Position numbers and translations under genes: made by a program. DNA of 62,674 bases, counting the filler, from Phoronis australis (Eukaryota > Animalia > Phoronida): the NCBI GenBank assembly GCA_002633005.1. It is 6 parts of 6 records of this genome, joined end to end, with 100 filler letters (N's around TTAATTAATTAA, not from the genome) between each part and the next. Parts side by side here need not be neighbours in the genome. Positions count along the whole stretch, not along the records: positions 48,990 to 52,193 come from NMRA01000459.1; positions 52,294 to 58,598 come from NMRA01000316.1; positions 58,699 to 62,674 come from NMRA01001917.1; 3 more parts are not named here. One strand, written 5' to 3'. The notes beneath the pieces are model-generated. The model ran no database searches. It was not told where the DNA came from and saw nothing but the letters and a program-made list of their open reading frames with translations. Positions 49,935-62,622 of the stretch are shown here, piece by piece (within the stretch, counting starts at the first letter, position 1; every line of letters starts with the position of its first letter).

Positions 49935-52193
49935 GATCCCGTAGACAGCACTGAGCGGGGGTGGTTCGAATTTCTAAAACGGTGGACCTTTTATATTTTA
50001 CAAACGTCGACACTGTAGAGTTTTCGGTAAGGTCTTTGTCGCAGCTTAATTATGCGTGAGGATCTGTATACATAACCATGACTCTCAGCTCTATGTTCAT
50101 GAGATGAGACAGATTTTGTAATACCAGAAATGAGTATGCTATGACGGTTACTAGCAAAGAACGGTACACAAATTCGGATGTATTGCGGTCCAGAAAGAGA
50201 ACGTTCTCGCATTACCTCCAGCCAAAATTTCAAATCAGCCATGTTTACATGCGGAGAGATACACCTCATTACATACTTGGACGGAAATATAAAGTTTAAA
50301 CGGCGAATGACTTGACGAAATTGTTTATCCGGTTGTATTTTGCGTGTTATTTAAGTTGGTTACATCGCTGCAAATGGAAACAGCCCACTATTTCGAAGGT
50401 TCACTACTCCGGAGGTTACTCCGGAGGTTCACTGCTCACTAGAAACGGTGGTCAGATTTCGTGTGCATGCGTATGCATGCGAAATTGCCCGTATGTCTTA
50501 AAATGAGTACACACTTGCATTTTTAGAACGATATGAAGTCGGAATAGTGATAAATTATCAACCACGACGCATTCATTAAATCCATGCCAAGATAGCAACG
50601 CAACGCGACTGAAGAGTTTAGGGCCGCTGCGCCACAACCTCACTCAAGGAACCTCGTGCACGGCCGGGTAGAAACTAAAAGTGATTAGTAGGCCATTTTA
50701 CCTGGTTGTATTTTTGCGAGTTAATCGCTGGAGGTTCATTACTCCAAAGGTTCACTCCTCCGAAAATATCTAAAAGTTCGAACTCGGGTATAATTTTTAT
50801 GCTTTTGCATGCAGAAATAAACTATACTTTGGTAATTAGATGTGCTGAGTGGTGTACATGTACCTGTATACCGAAAACAACGTCTGGGTACTTCTGATTT
50901 CATGCACATACGAAATTGCTCGCATGTCTTACAAATACGGAAAAATGAGTACGTTCTTGCATTGTTAAAATCGGTATAGTTCTGTAGCAGCCCTTTGTTA
51001 ACACAAACTTCGTTGAAAACATGACTAAACTTTTTGTTGGAAAGCTTGATACAGAGTCGCTAGTACATGTAACGTCGAAACGGTCTCCTTTCTACAGGTG
51101 TGCAGCTATGTAGCAAAACACTGAGCGACATAACAAACAAACAAATTAAAGCACTGACTATGTTTCAAAACTGCATGTCTCATCACCAGGCAATAAGTGG
51201 AATGAACATAATTATACGAACCTAAATAAACAGTGAAATACACGTGACAGCAGGTAGAGGGGCATACAGGAGGGGTGAGAGTGTGAATGTATCAAACGGT
51301 AAGAAGCCACAAGCCTATCGAAACAGAGCCAACGTGCGGTACACACCTGTGAGCTGCTCATTCAACACAGGTTTTGTCGTGACTGATCAATCGCGATCCC
51401 AAAATCTTTAGCCAAAATGTGACATTATTCGTAACAGATCATTAGCGATTTCAAGTGGACTTTTAGAGTAAAAAACCTACGGAATAGTGACATATAACTT
51501 TGGAAATCTTTCCCATCAAATTCGTTGCTCGTGTGAAGTCTGCGAGGCTGCGTACAATTGACACTGACACAGAGAATTTAGTAACTTTCTTCATTGACGG
51601 GCCCGTAGCCAGCATTGCGCGGGGTGTGGTTCGGCGAATTTCTAGTACGGTGGACCCTTGATATTTTGCAAATGTCGACGCTGTAGGGTTTTTGGTAAGG
51701 CCCTTGACGCAGCTTAACTAGGGGGAGGGAAATCTATATACACAACGACGACTCTCAGCTCTAAAGTTCCCAAGATCACTCAGAAGGAATTTGTAATACC
51801 AGAAATGAGGATTCCCTGACGGTTGCTCACAAAGAACGGGACCCAAGTTCGGATGTAATGTAGTCTAGAAAGAGAATGTTCCCGCGTTACCCCCTGCCAA
51901 ACTTTCAAACCGGGCGTGCTTAAATGAGTGATTACACCTCATTACATACTCGAAAGGAAATATTTAATCGGAGCATGATCGACTTGAATGTTTTAATTTG
52001 GTTGTATTTTGCGTGATACTTAACTTGCTTACATCGCTGGAAATGGGAACAGCCCAGTATTCCAAGGGTTCACTGCTCTGAAGGGTCACTACTCCGAAGC
52101 CGCTACAGTCCGAAAAGATCTGAAAATTCGGACTTGGGTGTACCTTTTTACCTGCAAAAATAAACGACACTTCGGTTATTAGATGCACTAAGT
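49935..52193 (+). repeat. Two diverged copies of a ~600-bp dispersed repeat (from ~49935 and ~51600)
   Basis: Collinear similarity beginning CCCGTAG(A/C)CAGCA..GGTTCG..ACGGTGGACC. Looks like a MITE-type start. Confidence 0.7.
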
Positions 52194-54344
52194 NNNNNNN
52201 NNNNNNNNNNNNNNNNNNNNNNNNNNNNNNNNNNNNNTTAATTAATTAANNNNNNNNNNNNNNNNNNNNNNNNNNNNNNNNNNNNNNNNNNNNTCATACA
52301 TGCTAGTAAAATGCATTCAAACATGCCTACTTCGACGCCCAATTTTGTTGCAAAATGGAGGTACAGGTCATAAAAAGAAAAATAATGAATGAAAATTCTT
52401 AAAAAGTGAGGTTTTTCTACTTCTCAACAAATCAAACTTATGTGCTAAGTTTCAAAAAAATCGGTGATTTTGGGTATAGACTCTACCTGTTGGTTTTTAC
52501 ATGGAGTCACTCTTAATTACTAACTACTTATTCCTTCAACAATATTTGGTAAGTTATCTGATTTTAAGTGATACACTCTTTCACAGTGCTACGAAAGGTA
52601 GTGCTGTTGAATGTTATTGAACATGGCTTCTCATTGGTTAAAATAATGAAACTGACGTCATCAGATTCAATCATTCCCATTGGTTGAAAAGTGGGAAACC
52701 CCTTTCAGTTTACTGTTACATAGTATAGCGACCATCTTTGATTTGGATAATTGCAATTTGTTAAAACGGGCAGTTGTCGAAGTAAACAAAATCAAGGGAA
52801 CCTCGATCCAGTGGCTTAAGCCCAAACAAGTACAGTGCATAATAGTGTGTGCAGGTGGTAGCGATGTGATCGGTAGACTTCCGACTAAGGCATGCACATC
52901 ATGCGCACACCCAGCCTTCAATATGGGGGGCTTGAATTCTTGCCGTTGTGAACCTTTTGGTAACAAAAAGGCGGACAGACAAAAAAAAAACGGGAGCACC
53001 ACTGTGAATGACGCGTTTGTTCTTGTTTAGGGGAGTGTTGTCTCATTTTCTCAGACTTTTTGTTTCTCAGAGGTGGACCTTTTTGCCCACTTTGCCAAAT
53101 GGGAGGCTCATTCGAGCCCACAGCCCCCGCACATGGAATTCCATGTGTCCTTCATCATGTTTCCAATGGGCCACTTTTCAGTACAGGTGGCGCAGTGCGA
53201 GAGGGTAATGTAGTGACTCCAAACTGAAGTGGCTCGGAGGTAGGACATTTACTATGTACTTATAGACCCTTCGGTCCAGTTGACCTACGGGGCCTCCAGT
53301 CTTTGGTCAGTTGAGAGGACCTGGTTATGGGTTGCGTTAATACCCATTAGCAATTCAAAATTTTGTGGGGCATCTTTCATGCATGATTTTGACTGCTATC
53401 CCGGTGGGCTGGGTGACTAGAATTTGTTGACAAGCTTACGGCATCTTGGCTTCACGAAGCCTGTAAATCCACCTATGAGATCTCTGTTTGTTTGTAATAT
53501 GTTGAGCCAAGAGTTTTTGTATATTTTGATACTATGCAATTCATCACTTATTGTGAGAATGACCTTTCTGTCAAAACTTGGAATGTATACACCACGCAGG
53601 TAATGCGTGAAAACTGTTTAGTAGCAATTTAGTTGTCTACCAACTGTTAAAATAAGGTTTGTTCAATATTCTTTTACATCTAATGCTTTAATGTCAATAT
53701 TTTATGAGTTCACTTCAGCAATCTCTTTTGCAGAACTGTGTATGGTCAATCGTTTCATTTACATTTCATTGTACATCGTCAATGATTATTGATTAGACTC
53801 AAATGAACTTCTCTGTGAAGTTAAGTTCCGCATATCCAGGGTTATACTTATAGGTAGGGCATATGGGACGTGCCACTCAGATTAAGGTATTTTTCGTGAC
53901 GAGCTACCCCAAGAGAAGGGTGCATACTCCAATGTATTTCTCTACTAAAGAACTCACTTTTTGTTTTAGGAGCTCTGCAAAAGGTTCCGTTTTGGCTACA
54001 GAACTCTGGAGAAGAGTGGTAATAAACTTACTAGTAGGTTTGAAGGGGTTAAACACTACTGCCTAAATGTTTGTTCAGTCAATTTTAACAATCTGTTGCA
54101 TTTGTGACCTCCTAAAAGGAAAACTTGAACCTGAAAAGGAATCTACAGTTTAGCCATAACTGCTCCAAAAACGAATTCAAAATACTAACACTTAAAAGGA
54201 ATCTACAGTTTAGCCATAACTGCTCCAAAAAACGAAAATATGATATTCTGACACAAATGTATGTACAGTAGTTGGGACACACATTCACCACCATTTGGAT
54301 ATTCAAGTAATGTATAATACCTGTAATACCTGTCACGGACAGGA

Positions 54345-54750
54345 TCATTGGGGATATGCTGGTGCATTAATCCCCTCCCCAGACCATCCCCGTGACAGCA
54401 GAAGGCGCAGAACTCCAGGGCTGACATTGCCTGTAAGCATTTGATTAGACAGCACTCGGGCACGGCCCTTCTTGTGACTCTTCGCAGCATGGCCATAAAT
54501 AATACCGGCTTCGAGCAGGCGGCTGCCATCATTGAACTCAGCCAGCTGGGATGCAGTCTGCTCGAGGTTGCGTTTGCGAGCCAGCAGCTTAACGTCAGCC
54601 GAATATAAGTAGAGGGGTTGGTTGGTGGTGCATGAGCCAGCGAGGTAATCTGCACGCTCATTAATCAAGACACCGGCGTGGCCAGGTACGAAAGACCAGA
54701 TAACCACATGATGAGAGTGGCGTGATCGGAAGACACCCCAGTTGGCTGGG
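54345..54750 (-). mobile_element. Non-LTR retrotransposon 3' fragment with RNase H (I/Ingi-group-like)
   Basis: WSFVPGHAGVLINERADYLA matches the RNase HI C-terminal motif W.PGH.G...NE.AD.LA. Confidence 0.8.
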
Positions 54751-55168
54751 AGGTTAAGTAATGTATACTACTAAGAAAGCATGGTTTTGTCTTTTAACTT
54801 GTTAACGGCAGCTCCAGGAACTTATTGGCTTGTCCAGAATAAAACGTTGGTTTTGATACTATCTAGGATACAAAACTTTAGTACAGAACTATGTCTCCAC
54901 GGTAACATACCACACTTACAACAGTTTGACTGGAGACCATAAAAGTGCTGTCACACATCAGTGATCATGGGAAATCTGAATTAGGAAACTTATTTTAGAT
55001 TCTGTATTTTTGGAAACCTGGATAAACCCCTGGTTTGGCTACAGGCATATATCTCCATTATACTCAGCTTTGAAAGTTGTTATATCTGTTGAAGAGCACT
55101 GAGCATAAATGTTCATGCCAAACTTGCTGTTTTGTAGGCCGATCAGCTAAGATGAGAAAATATAAGAC

Positions 55169-55255
55169 ATGGATCTAGTTCCTGCTACACGTACCTTGGT
55201 TGAGGTGAAAGTCAAAGAGGAACCCGAGGACAATATCAGTGATTATAATTTGTCT
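55169..55255 (+). CDS. Candidate first coding exon (exon 55138-55255) MDLVPATRTLVEVKVKEEPEDNISDYNLS
   Basis: Acceptor GCTGTTTTGTAG at 55137, GACATGG Kozak context, VKEEP SUMO-type motif common in zinc-finger protein N-termini, GTAAG donor at 55256 (phase 0). Confidence 0.6.
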
Positions 55256-55711
55256 GTAAGAACTAAGGCAGGTTTGTTCTGTTTTTTTTTTTTTTTTATT
55301 TCCAGCTGGATACGTTCCCGTTGGTGTTTTGTTTTGTTTTGTTTTGTTTTGTTTAGGGTAGTTTTACACAAAATCACCAAGTAATACCTGGGTACCTTTG
55401 CCAAACATCTGTTTTTATATTTAAACATTTTAATGAGGGCCCAGGGTTTAATTTTTGTACTCTAAATTGGACTCAAAATTATTTTTGATGTTTTACGTTC
55501 TGCTTCAATGTCAACTTAAGATGTCAAGTGTCCACTGTTCTCTGCTGGAGTACTGTATAGTTTACCTGGATGACTGTCTGCCCTTATTTTGCCCGTGATT
55601 ACCCCAGCATTAAAAGTATGAGTTCAAGTCTAGTAAGTAGAAATCTCTAATTTGTAACTTGAATTCGGGGTTCTAACTTGGAATAAAAACTCATCTGTGT
55701 AAGGCTCATAT

Positions 55712-58331
55712 CAAGGAGTGTAGTAGAGTAGGAGAGTTCACTCCGCCATTTTGCCATTCGCCGCAATGGTTACCGGTCGAAACACTAGCGCCCCAAGCGG
55801 TGAATAATCAACACTTAGTTAGGAGCACTGTCCGAACAATGTAAACACTGATAAATTCATACTTTAATGACATCCAACGTGCAATAAAATTACTGTGTGA
55901 TTGAAAATGGTTAGAATACATAAACTAACATCCACTTATAATAGAATGAGATCGAAAATGTGTATTTTAATCAATATAAGCTCCCTTCAAAATCCATCAT
56001 GGTTTTGTTTCATGTGTGATTTCTTAACAAGGCAATTATTGTTCCTTATAACAGTTCATACCTCCATGGACTACATAATTTGAATGATTGCTCCTGGGGG
56101 TTCAGAGGAGAATTCCCCCCAGGTGCCAGCTAAGGGGGTACCAGGCAAAAACCAGGTGAGCGCCAAATGGGTGTTGACCCCCTCCCAAGGGGGTTACATG
56201 GGATGAGTGCTAAACAGGTAAAAACCAATGGGTATGTATGCCACATGGGTGTTGAGCCCCTCCCATCATCACACATTTTGGTTGCTCCCCTGACCATTGA
56301 CAAACATGTTGCTCCCAGCTCACTGCTGGTTTCATCTCCACCCAACAATTTCGCATGTGTTCCCTATTCAATGCACCAGGATACTAGCAATGCGAACAAT
56401 TGTTTTTGTAATGGGTGTTGCACAAGTAAGAAGAAGAAAGCAAAGCAATTCATCACTACCACAAAATCATAATATAATTTTAGAATATTCCATTATTTCT
56501 TAGACATGCCAGTATAGGGTAAACTCGATTCCATTCTCCCAATATAATCACCTACAGTTACAAGTCAGTTGCTAATCTGTAGAATAGCTGACAACTTACA
56601 AAACGAAGTAACATTGAGTATATCACTCATAACTACTCCAAGTTCAAAATGTCATGACAAAGAATTAAGGTACTGAACAGCAATCAAAATATTCACTATC
56701 ACATAGCTTCATACAAAACTGAATTAAAAAGAGTGACTTGGATGATAAAACCAAAATTTAATTTTATATACCCACTGTTCCTATTATCAATAACAGCAAG
56801 TATTTCAGGTAAGTTAAAGCCAGACCACAAGATCATATCTGTTACCTAGCCACAACTGGGGCTTAAATTAATCACAATCTCCAAAAATGTACAAAATAGC
56901 CAACACATACACCAATACAACAAGAAAATCTGACCAACCTTGTCATTCTCAACAACACTTTTCGCCAAAGAAATGCGTTATAAATGAAGCTGAAATCAAA
57001 TTTACTCAAAGAGGTGTTTGTCATCGAGAAGTGAAATGATACGGATAGCTTGGGTTAAAAAAAATTCAGCCCACCATTCAGACTCTGAAAGATCCATCAA
57101 TTTCACTTTGGCTCTCTCCAAATCACAGGCTTAACCATCTGATCAACCTTAGTAAAATACGAAAACCAGATTTTGACTAATTGTCCTCTGTTCACGTGAT
57201 GTTCCAGTACTTGCTTTGTGAGTCGATAATCAGAAATGCAAAAAAGTCTGTTCCAGAGCTGTAATATAATTTCCGGAGAACTTTTTCACATCTTCATTTT
57301 TGGTGGATTTGGGCGCTGCATTCAATACCAGCTTGTTCTTCATTCATCAACATGGACTCCTCAAAGTGATGAGATTAGAACTTGCAGTTCTTGGACAAGT
57401 AGGCTGCATCTCTATTCATAAGGTCAGCTCCCACTAACAGCACTTGCACCTGAACAGAAATCAATGAGAGACTCAGGAACAAACTTCATACTCACTAGGT
57501 TCACAGAAGACTGGTAGCCTAGTACACTAAACTACACTACACTACACTACAGAATTCCTGCCATACTGTGATTGTGGTAGAGACAAAAGCGTCTAAGTGT
57601 CAACTGAAAAAAATAGGATTCAAATGTCGGTCCACGAATATTTTAAGGGCCGCACCCCTGCATCATTGGCATAATAAGTTTTCAATGACGCACTGCTTAA
57701 CTTAATTGGTCCAACTGGCACATTAAAATTATGTCGACTTTTTCACCTTTTCGCCGAGACCAACAGATTCTCTAACTTGACTGATGACAGACTTGAGGCC
57801 CTGTGGCTGTGAGTTTGCCATGGCTGTGTCACCAGTCCTATTATCCATGACCATGGGTATGTTTTCCTAAAATTATCCCTGCAATCGTTTGGGTGACATT
57901 TTCACCCCTCATGGAATTCATGAACTCCAAGTGTCCAAAAAGCTGACGATCACATCATACGTTAATCATAGTCCTTCCGCCGGCAGCCCGGCTGTACAGT
58001 AGGCCTATCCTGCTACACTGCAACAGTGGCAACGGGACTGAGATCAACTTGTCTAGCAACGGTGAACAGAACACACAAAATGAAAGACAATGTATCATAT
58101 TATTGAATAACAGATAATCCTTACCTTTCGGGATCGTTAGGGAACCTAGAAAAGGACACGTCTGGGGTTTTCGTGGATGAATTCATACAATTTATCGCAA
58201 AGCAAAATGCGTCCTTCCCCATTGTTTTGGCGCTTCCGGGTTGACCGTTGCTTGTTCACCACTCGGCGGTGCTAGTAGTAGCGGTAACAGCGAACTCACA
58301 GGTGAACTCTCCTACTCTACTACACTCCTTG
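55712..58331 (-). mobile_element. P-element-like DNA transposon derivative (2620 bp) with THAP pseudogene
   Basis: Perfect 30-bp TIR CAAGGAGTGTAGTAGAGTAGGAGAGTTCAC (55712-55741 / 58302-58331), 7-bp TSD CTCATAT (55705-55711 / 58332-58338), and THAP exons inside. Confidence 0.85.
57300..58222 (-). pseudogene. Spliced THAP domain of the P-like element
   Basis: Exon 1 (58222-58125) is MGKDAFCFAINCMNSSTKTPDVSFSRFPNDPER with a GTAAG donor. Exon 2 from 57449 reads ..NRDAAYLSKNCKF*SHHFEESM..NKLVLNAAP, with stops and frameshifts. Confidence 0.75.
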
Positions 58332-58698
58332 CTCATATGATGAGTAAAGCAGGATGAAAGAGATAAACAACAATGGGGCTATCCGAAGAATTCTCCTCGC
58401 GGTGTTGCTGCTGTACTAGTGGTGATTAAATTGCGCATGCGTGGCTGTCTGTATGTAAACAACTGGTAAAAGATGGAATTTTTATCAAAATACGTCGTCG
58501 CGCTAAGCCTTATTACTGCTAATTTCCCTGGTGCAAGTCTTCGACAGGTGGCCACAAATTCCCAAAAGACCTAAGGTTACTATATTCGTGGACAATTGNN
58601 NNNNNNNNNNNNNNNNNNNNNNNNNNNNNNNNNNNNNNNNNNTTAATTAATTAANNNNNNNNNNNNNNNNNNNNNNNNNNNNNNNNNNNNNNNNNNNN

Positions 58699-59605
58699 TT
58701 ACGCCCGCACCAGTGTCTAGTTTAAATTCAAACGTTTTGTCAAAACCTCCCTGGGTGAATACGCGAAGGGGTTTTACAATGTCGTTTTCACCTGGCGTTA
58801 TTTCACCTAAGAACTCTCGAGGCATTTCCTCGTGTTTCCCATTACCCAGTCCGGTAGAGACTTCTTTCACCCCTTCTTGTTGGAGGTGAGTTTTACATGC
58901 AACAGCCCAGTGGCCCCGCCGCTTACATTTCCGACATTCCGACGATCGCGCAGGACATCTCTCACCAGTCCCGTGTGCCGTTTTACCGCACCGAGAGCAC
59001 TTTGAGATTTCGTTTACCGCACCTACCGATGTCGAATCCCCCACTGTGGCTGTAATTTCGCGAAACTGCATACCCGAGGCTTCTGCCGCGTGACACGAGT
59101 CTAACGCCGCTTCGAGAGAAAGACCGTCCGCCTGCCCGCCCTGGCGCAGCAGTTTAGCGCGCAACCCATCATCACGGACACCGAGAACGAGCTGATCTTT
59201 TATCAAAGATTTTTCAAGTTCCCCGAACTCACACGTTTGCGCCAGTGTGCGCAAGTGTGTCACAAAATTTTTGATGGTTTCTCCCTCCATTTGTTTTCTG
59301 CTGTGGAATTTGTAACGTTCATATGTAACATTTTTTCTTGGTGAACAAAATTCTTCAAACTTGGTCAGGACAATATCCAAGTTTTTGGAGGCCTCTTCAT
59401 TTTCAAAACTGATAGTGTTATACAACGCCAATGCGTCGTCTCCAACGCAATGTAAGAATAGCGCCACCTTCCGTTCGTCGGAGAAATCAGTGGCCCCACT
59501 CGCCACGAGATACACTTCAAACTTTTGCCGAAATCTCCTCCAGTTTTCAGAGACATTGCCTGAATTGAGGTCTAGATCTTCGCTAGGAGGCTTAATGAGT
59601 TCCAT
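58699..59605 (-). CDS. Gag-protease of a Ty3/Gypsy (Mag-like) LTR retrotransposon, truncated by a gap
   Basis: NWRRFRQKFEVYL, YERYKFHSRKQMEGETI..F...L, two CCHC knuckles (CSRCGKTAHGTGERC, CRKCKRRGHWAVAC) and aspartic protease LDTGA, all in one open frame. Confidence 0.92.
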
Positions 59606-59617
59606 CGTAGTTATAAA

Positions 59618-59740
59618 GCTGCCACCATGTAGAATAATAAGAATAAACTAGGTTTATTGGGAACACTGAAACTACGTCGATCTGCAATCGTAAGATGGTC
59701 GTCCGTGTGTGACCGTAATGACAAAGTCACTTATACTACA
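59618..59740 (-). mobile_element. 113-bp 5' LTR (59628-59740) and tRNA-Leu-type PBS (TGGTGGCAGC)
   Basis: TGTAG...CTACA inverted ends, AATAAA on minus near 59657, PBS adjacent to the LTR and 12 nt before the gag ATG. Confidence 0.85.
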
Positions 59741-59898
59741 CTATCTTCGCCTTTTTGTAGCAATCGCACGTACGAGCTTCCTGTGTTTATAAACCCCACT
59801 AACTAAAAACAACATTTATTTCTTATATGCCAGAGTTGAGCCTGTTGTTGAACAATGGAAAAGGAATTTCATTAAACGGTCCTCTGGACTAACCTCAT

Positions 59899-61288
59899 CA
59901 GTGGCACGATATAGGGTAGAATGCACAAACGACAAAACTGTTACCGTTTAAACTTTAACAATTTACTCGGCTGCAGAAAGCTGCACAAAATTCAAGTCCA
60001 TGCAAGCACACGTCACCGCCCACTGGCACGACCCTGTCCCGGTCAGCGGAGAGCGGCGGGCAAAAAGCACTTACTGCCATAATGGATAGCCGCCAGCAGT
60101 GCTGTCGGCGACAGGTCGGAGCCTTGTACCGTCTGGCGAACCTGAGGTGCACACCTCTCTGTTACGCCACTTATACATTGCGGCACGGCGCGCATTCAGG
60201 TTTGTCTTTGTATTCTTGCCCAGGTTGATTTTTCAGACACGCGGTTACTACCGACCTGCTACTGCTGGTTCGCCAGCCTTGCACTTTCTGGAATACGTGT
60301 TCCTGGTGATGCCAACAACAATGCCCGATAAACGGTGCTTTTCTCTGGCCTTAGAAAAATGTTCGAACTTCGCAGAGGCCAACCCGGGGACTGACCTGAT
60401 TCTGGACTGAATCGCCAGGCGACCACGTGCGAGCTTGCCACCCTGGCCAGATTCATGCCCTTATTGAAGTTCAGTTTTTGGGTGTTTGCTAGACAAGGTT
60501 GCCCAAAGCCCACGGTCGATAGGCATGACTTGGGTCGTGAACGGTCTGCCTTTTGCAGAACTGGGAGGTCCTTCTCAAACCGTTAACAGTGGTTAACGGT
60601 GCTTTTCTCGGTACTTAAGAAAGACCTCCCGTTTTCACAAGAGGTCCTTCTGAAACCGGTAACAAGGGCCGATAAACGGTGCATTTCTATTGACTTTTTC
60701 AAAGACACACTTCTAAAACCGGTAACAACGGCCGATAAACGGTGCTTTTCTCTGGTACTGACATGGATGTGGATTACATTGCGAGGTGACCACGCATGCA
60801 GGAGCTTGCCACACCGGCCAGCATGCGCTTACTTCAATCGGGGTGTTTGCTTGCCGAGGTTGGCTTTTGTCCACATCCAGGTCAGTCCCCAGGCTTGTCA
60901 TTGCGAATTTCGAAAACTTTTCCCGAGAAAAGCACCGTTTATCCGACACTGTTATCGGTTTCAGAAATGGGTCTTGTGCAAACGGGAGGTCTTTAAAAGG
61001 CCCATGAAGTGCACCGTTTCTCGGCCATTAGTGTCGATTGCACGCATAACGACCGAAGACGTTTGGCCGCAAGCTTCTCGCTATGAGGTCTGAGCCATTC
61101 TCGGCCGATTACGTGTTTTAGGTAAAGCCCCTCATGCACTATTTGGCTAGGAATGCATCTAGACCCACAATTCCCCAAAAAACATTCGCCCCAAACCCAC
61201 TAATTGCTGTTTTCTAAGTTACGAAAATGTACCATTTAAACGGTAACAATTGTTTCGTTTGTCTATTCTACCCGACATCTTGCCATAT
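59899..61288. mobile_element. Non-autonomous DNA transposon with ~60-bp imperfect TIRs and repeated GATAAACGGTGCTTTTCTC boxes
   Basis: GGCACGATATAGGGTAGAATGCACAAACGAC..TGTTACCGTTTAAA (from 59903) is mirrored at 61225-61284. The box occurs at ~60327, 60592, 60670 and 60734, and inverted at ~60925 and ~61010. Confidence 0.7.
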
Positions 61289-61326
61289 GTCACTAACCTT
61301 CTTGTGACCTCTCTTTATTTTAACAG

Positions 61327-61380
61327 GGAAAAGCTGGACGATATGGGAAAGATGGAAAGCGTGGTTCCAAAGGTCAAAGG
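61327..61380 (+). CDS. Collagen triple-helix exon (54 nt; GKAGRYGKDGKRGSKGQR)
   Basis: Acceptor TTTATTTTAACAG, six Gly-X-Y triplets, phase 0/0, GT donor. Canonical 54-bp size. Confidence 0.85.
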
Positions 61381-62344
61381 GTATACGCCAACTCAATAGT
61401 TTGCAATTGGTAGACAAAAAAGCTCATGTGACCCACAGTTCCCCACCTAGACGTGTATAACCTAAGAAACGGGGTACAGATAGAAACTTCGTAGAGCCCA
61501 ACTTTGGTCTAAATTGCCCTAGCTTACGTTGCCTGTTGTAATTGCAATGTCCAGTGAAGCAAAAGATAATCTGTGCTCGTGTTTTTAACCCAGATACTAG
61601 GCTGTAGCACGAAGCAAGGGATTATCATGTGCGACACTAATTAGCGAAAACACAACATACTCGAGCCTAGCATAGGACTGTATACATTATAACTAGATGT
61701 ACTACCACAAACATTATTTCGAGTTCGATTTCGATTATCTAGAACGTGAGTCCTGGAGTGGTAGAAAATACGGAATTGTCGGTAAATATTCCCAATGGAT
61801 TTCGTAAATCGTTAATCAACATTTTTCATGGTGAAAAGCGCAGGCTTTCAGCAAATACTGGACATTTTGATTATGGATTCGAACTTGTAGCGTTACTTTT
61901 GGGGTCATCAAGTACCAGCTAGAATTAGACAGTCCGCCACGTAAATCTGTAATCGAGCGCAGAATAATAGACACTTGTCTTGAATTAGCAAAAGAGAATA
62001 AAGGAAAATGTCAAAAATAATTTCGATTTCGGGTACAAAGATTAGACCCCAGGTCCCGCTGCAAATTATGTTTACGTCAGGTTATTTAGGGATGTTTTGT
62101 AACAACAATGAAGGTAGATTAATGCAAACTTCTTAAAATTTTCTTGTCAGCAATTCTGTTAAACGACAGCCAGCATGTGAGGGAACTAGTGTATTCCGAC
62201 TGTGCAGCTCAAACCCATCACGGATGTCGACTTTAGTACCCCGACTGGCTTGGAGTGCTTAGTATATGTCATAAGTAACTATCACCATTGAAGATGAAAG
62301 CTTCTTTAAATTTCGTGTTCAATACTAATGGTGTCTTGTTACAG

Positions 62345-62407
62345 GGAGATAGGGGGATAAAAGGAGAAGTGGGCCAGCGAGGTGATCCCGGTCGACCTGG
62401 GGATAAG
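62345..62407 (+). CDS. Collagen exon (63 nt; GDRGIKGEVGQRGDPGRPGDK)
   Basis: TTGTTACAG acceptor, seven Gly-X-Y triplets, AAG|GTACGT donor. Confidence 0.9.
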
Positions 62408-62622
62408 GTACGTGAATTCAGCCCTTGCTTTACTTTGATCAGTTAAAATCAATGGATGGATCAGTAAATATTACACTCTAATTGGAAGTCATATGTTGTG
62501 CTCTTCTGATTCGAGTGTTTGCTACCAAGAACACATGACTCACTCGTTGTCAGAACCCGTATTCCTGTTCACTCAGTGTGGTGTCGCATGAAGAGCTTTG
62601 ATCCTTACCGTTACCGTTACAG

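Noticed and set aside
53266-53330. Collagen-like GPVDLRGLQ segment after an AG
   Set aside because: The Gly periodicity is broken and the frame has a stop. At best a decayed exon.
60599-61093. 164-aa ORF with repeated DKRCFS
   Set aside because: It is the translation of the DNA-level GATAAACGGTGCTTTTCTC boxes of the MITE.
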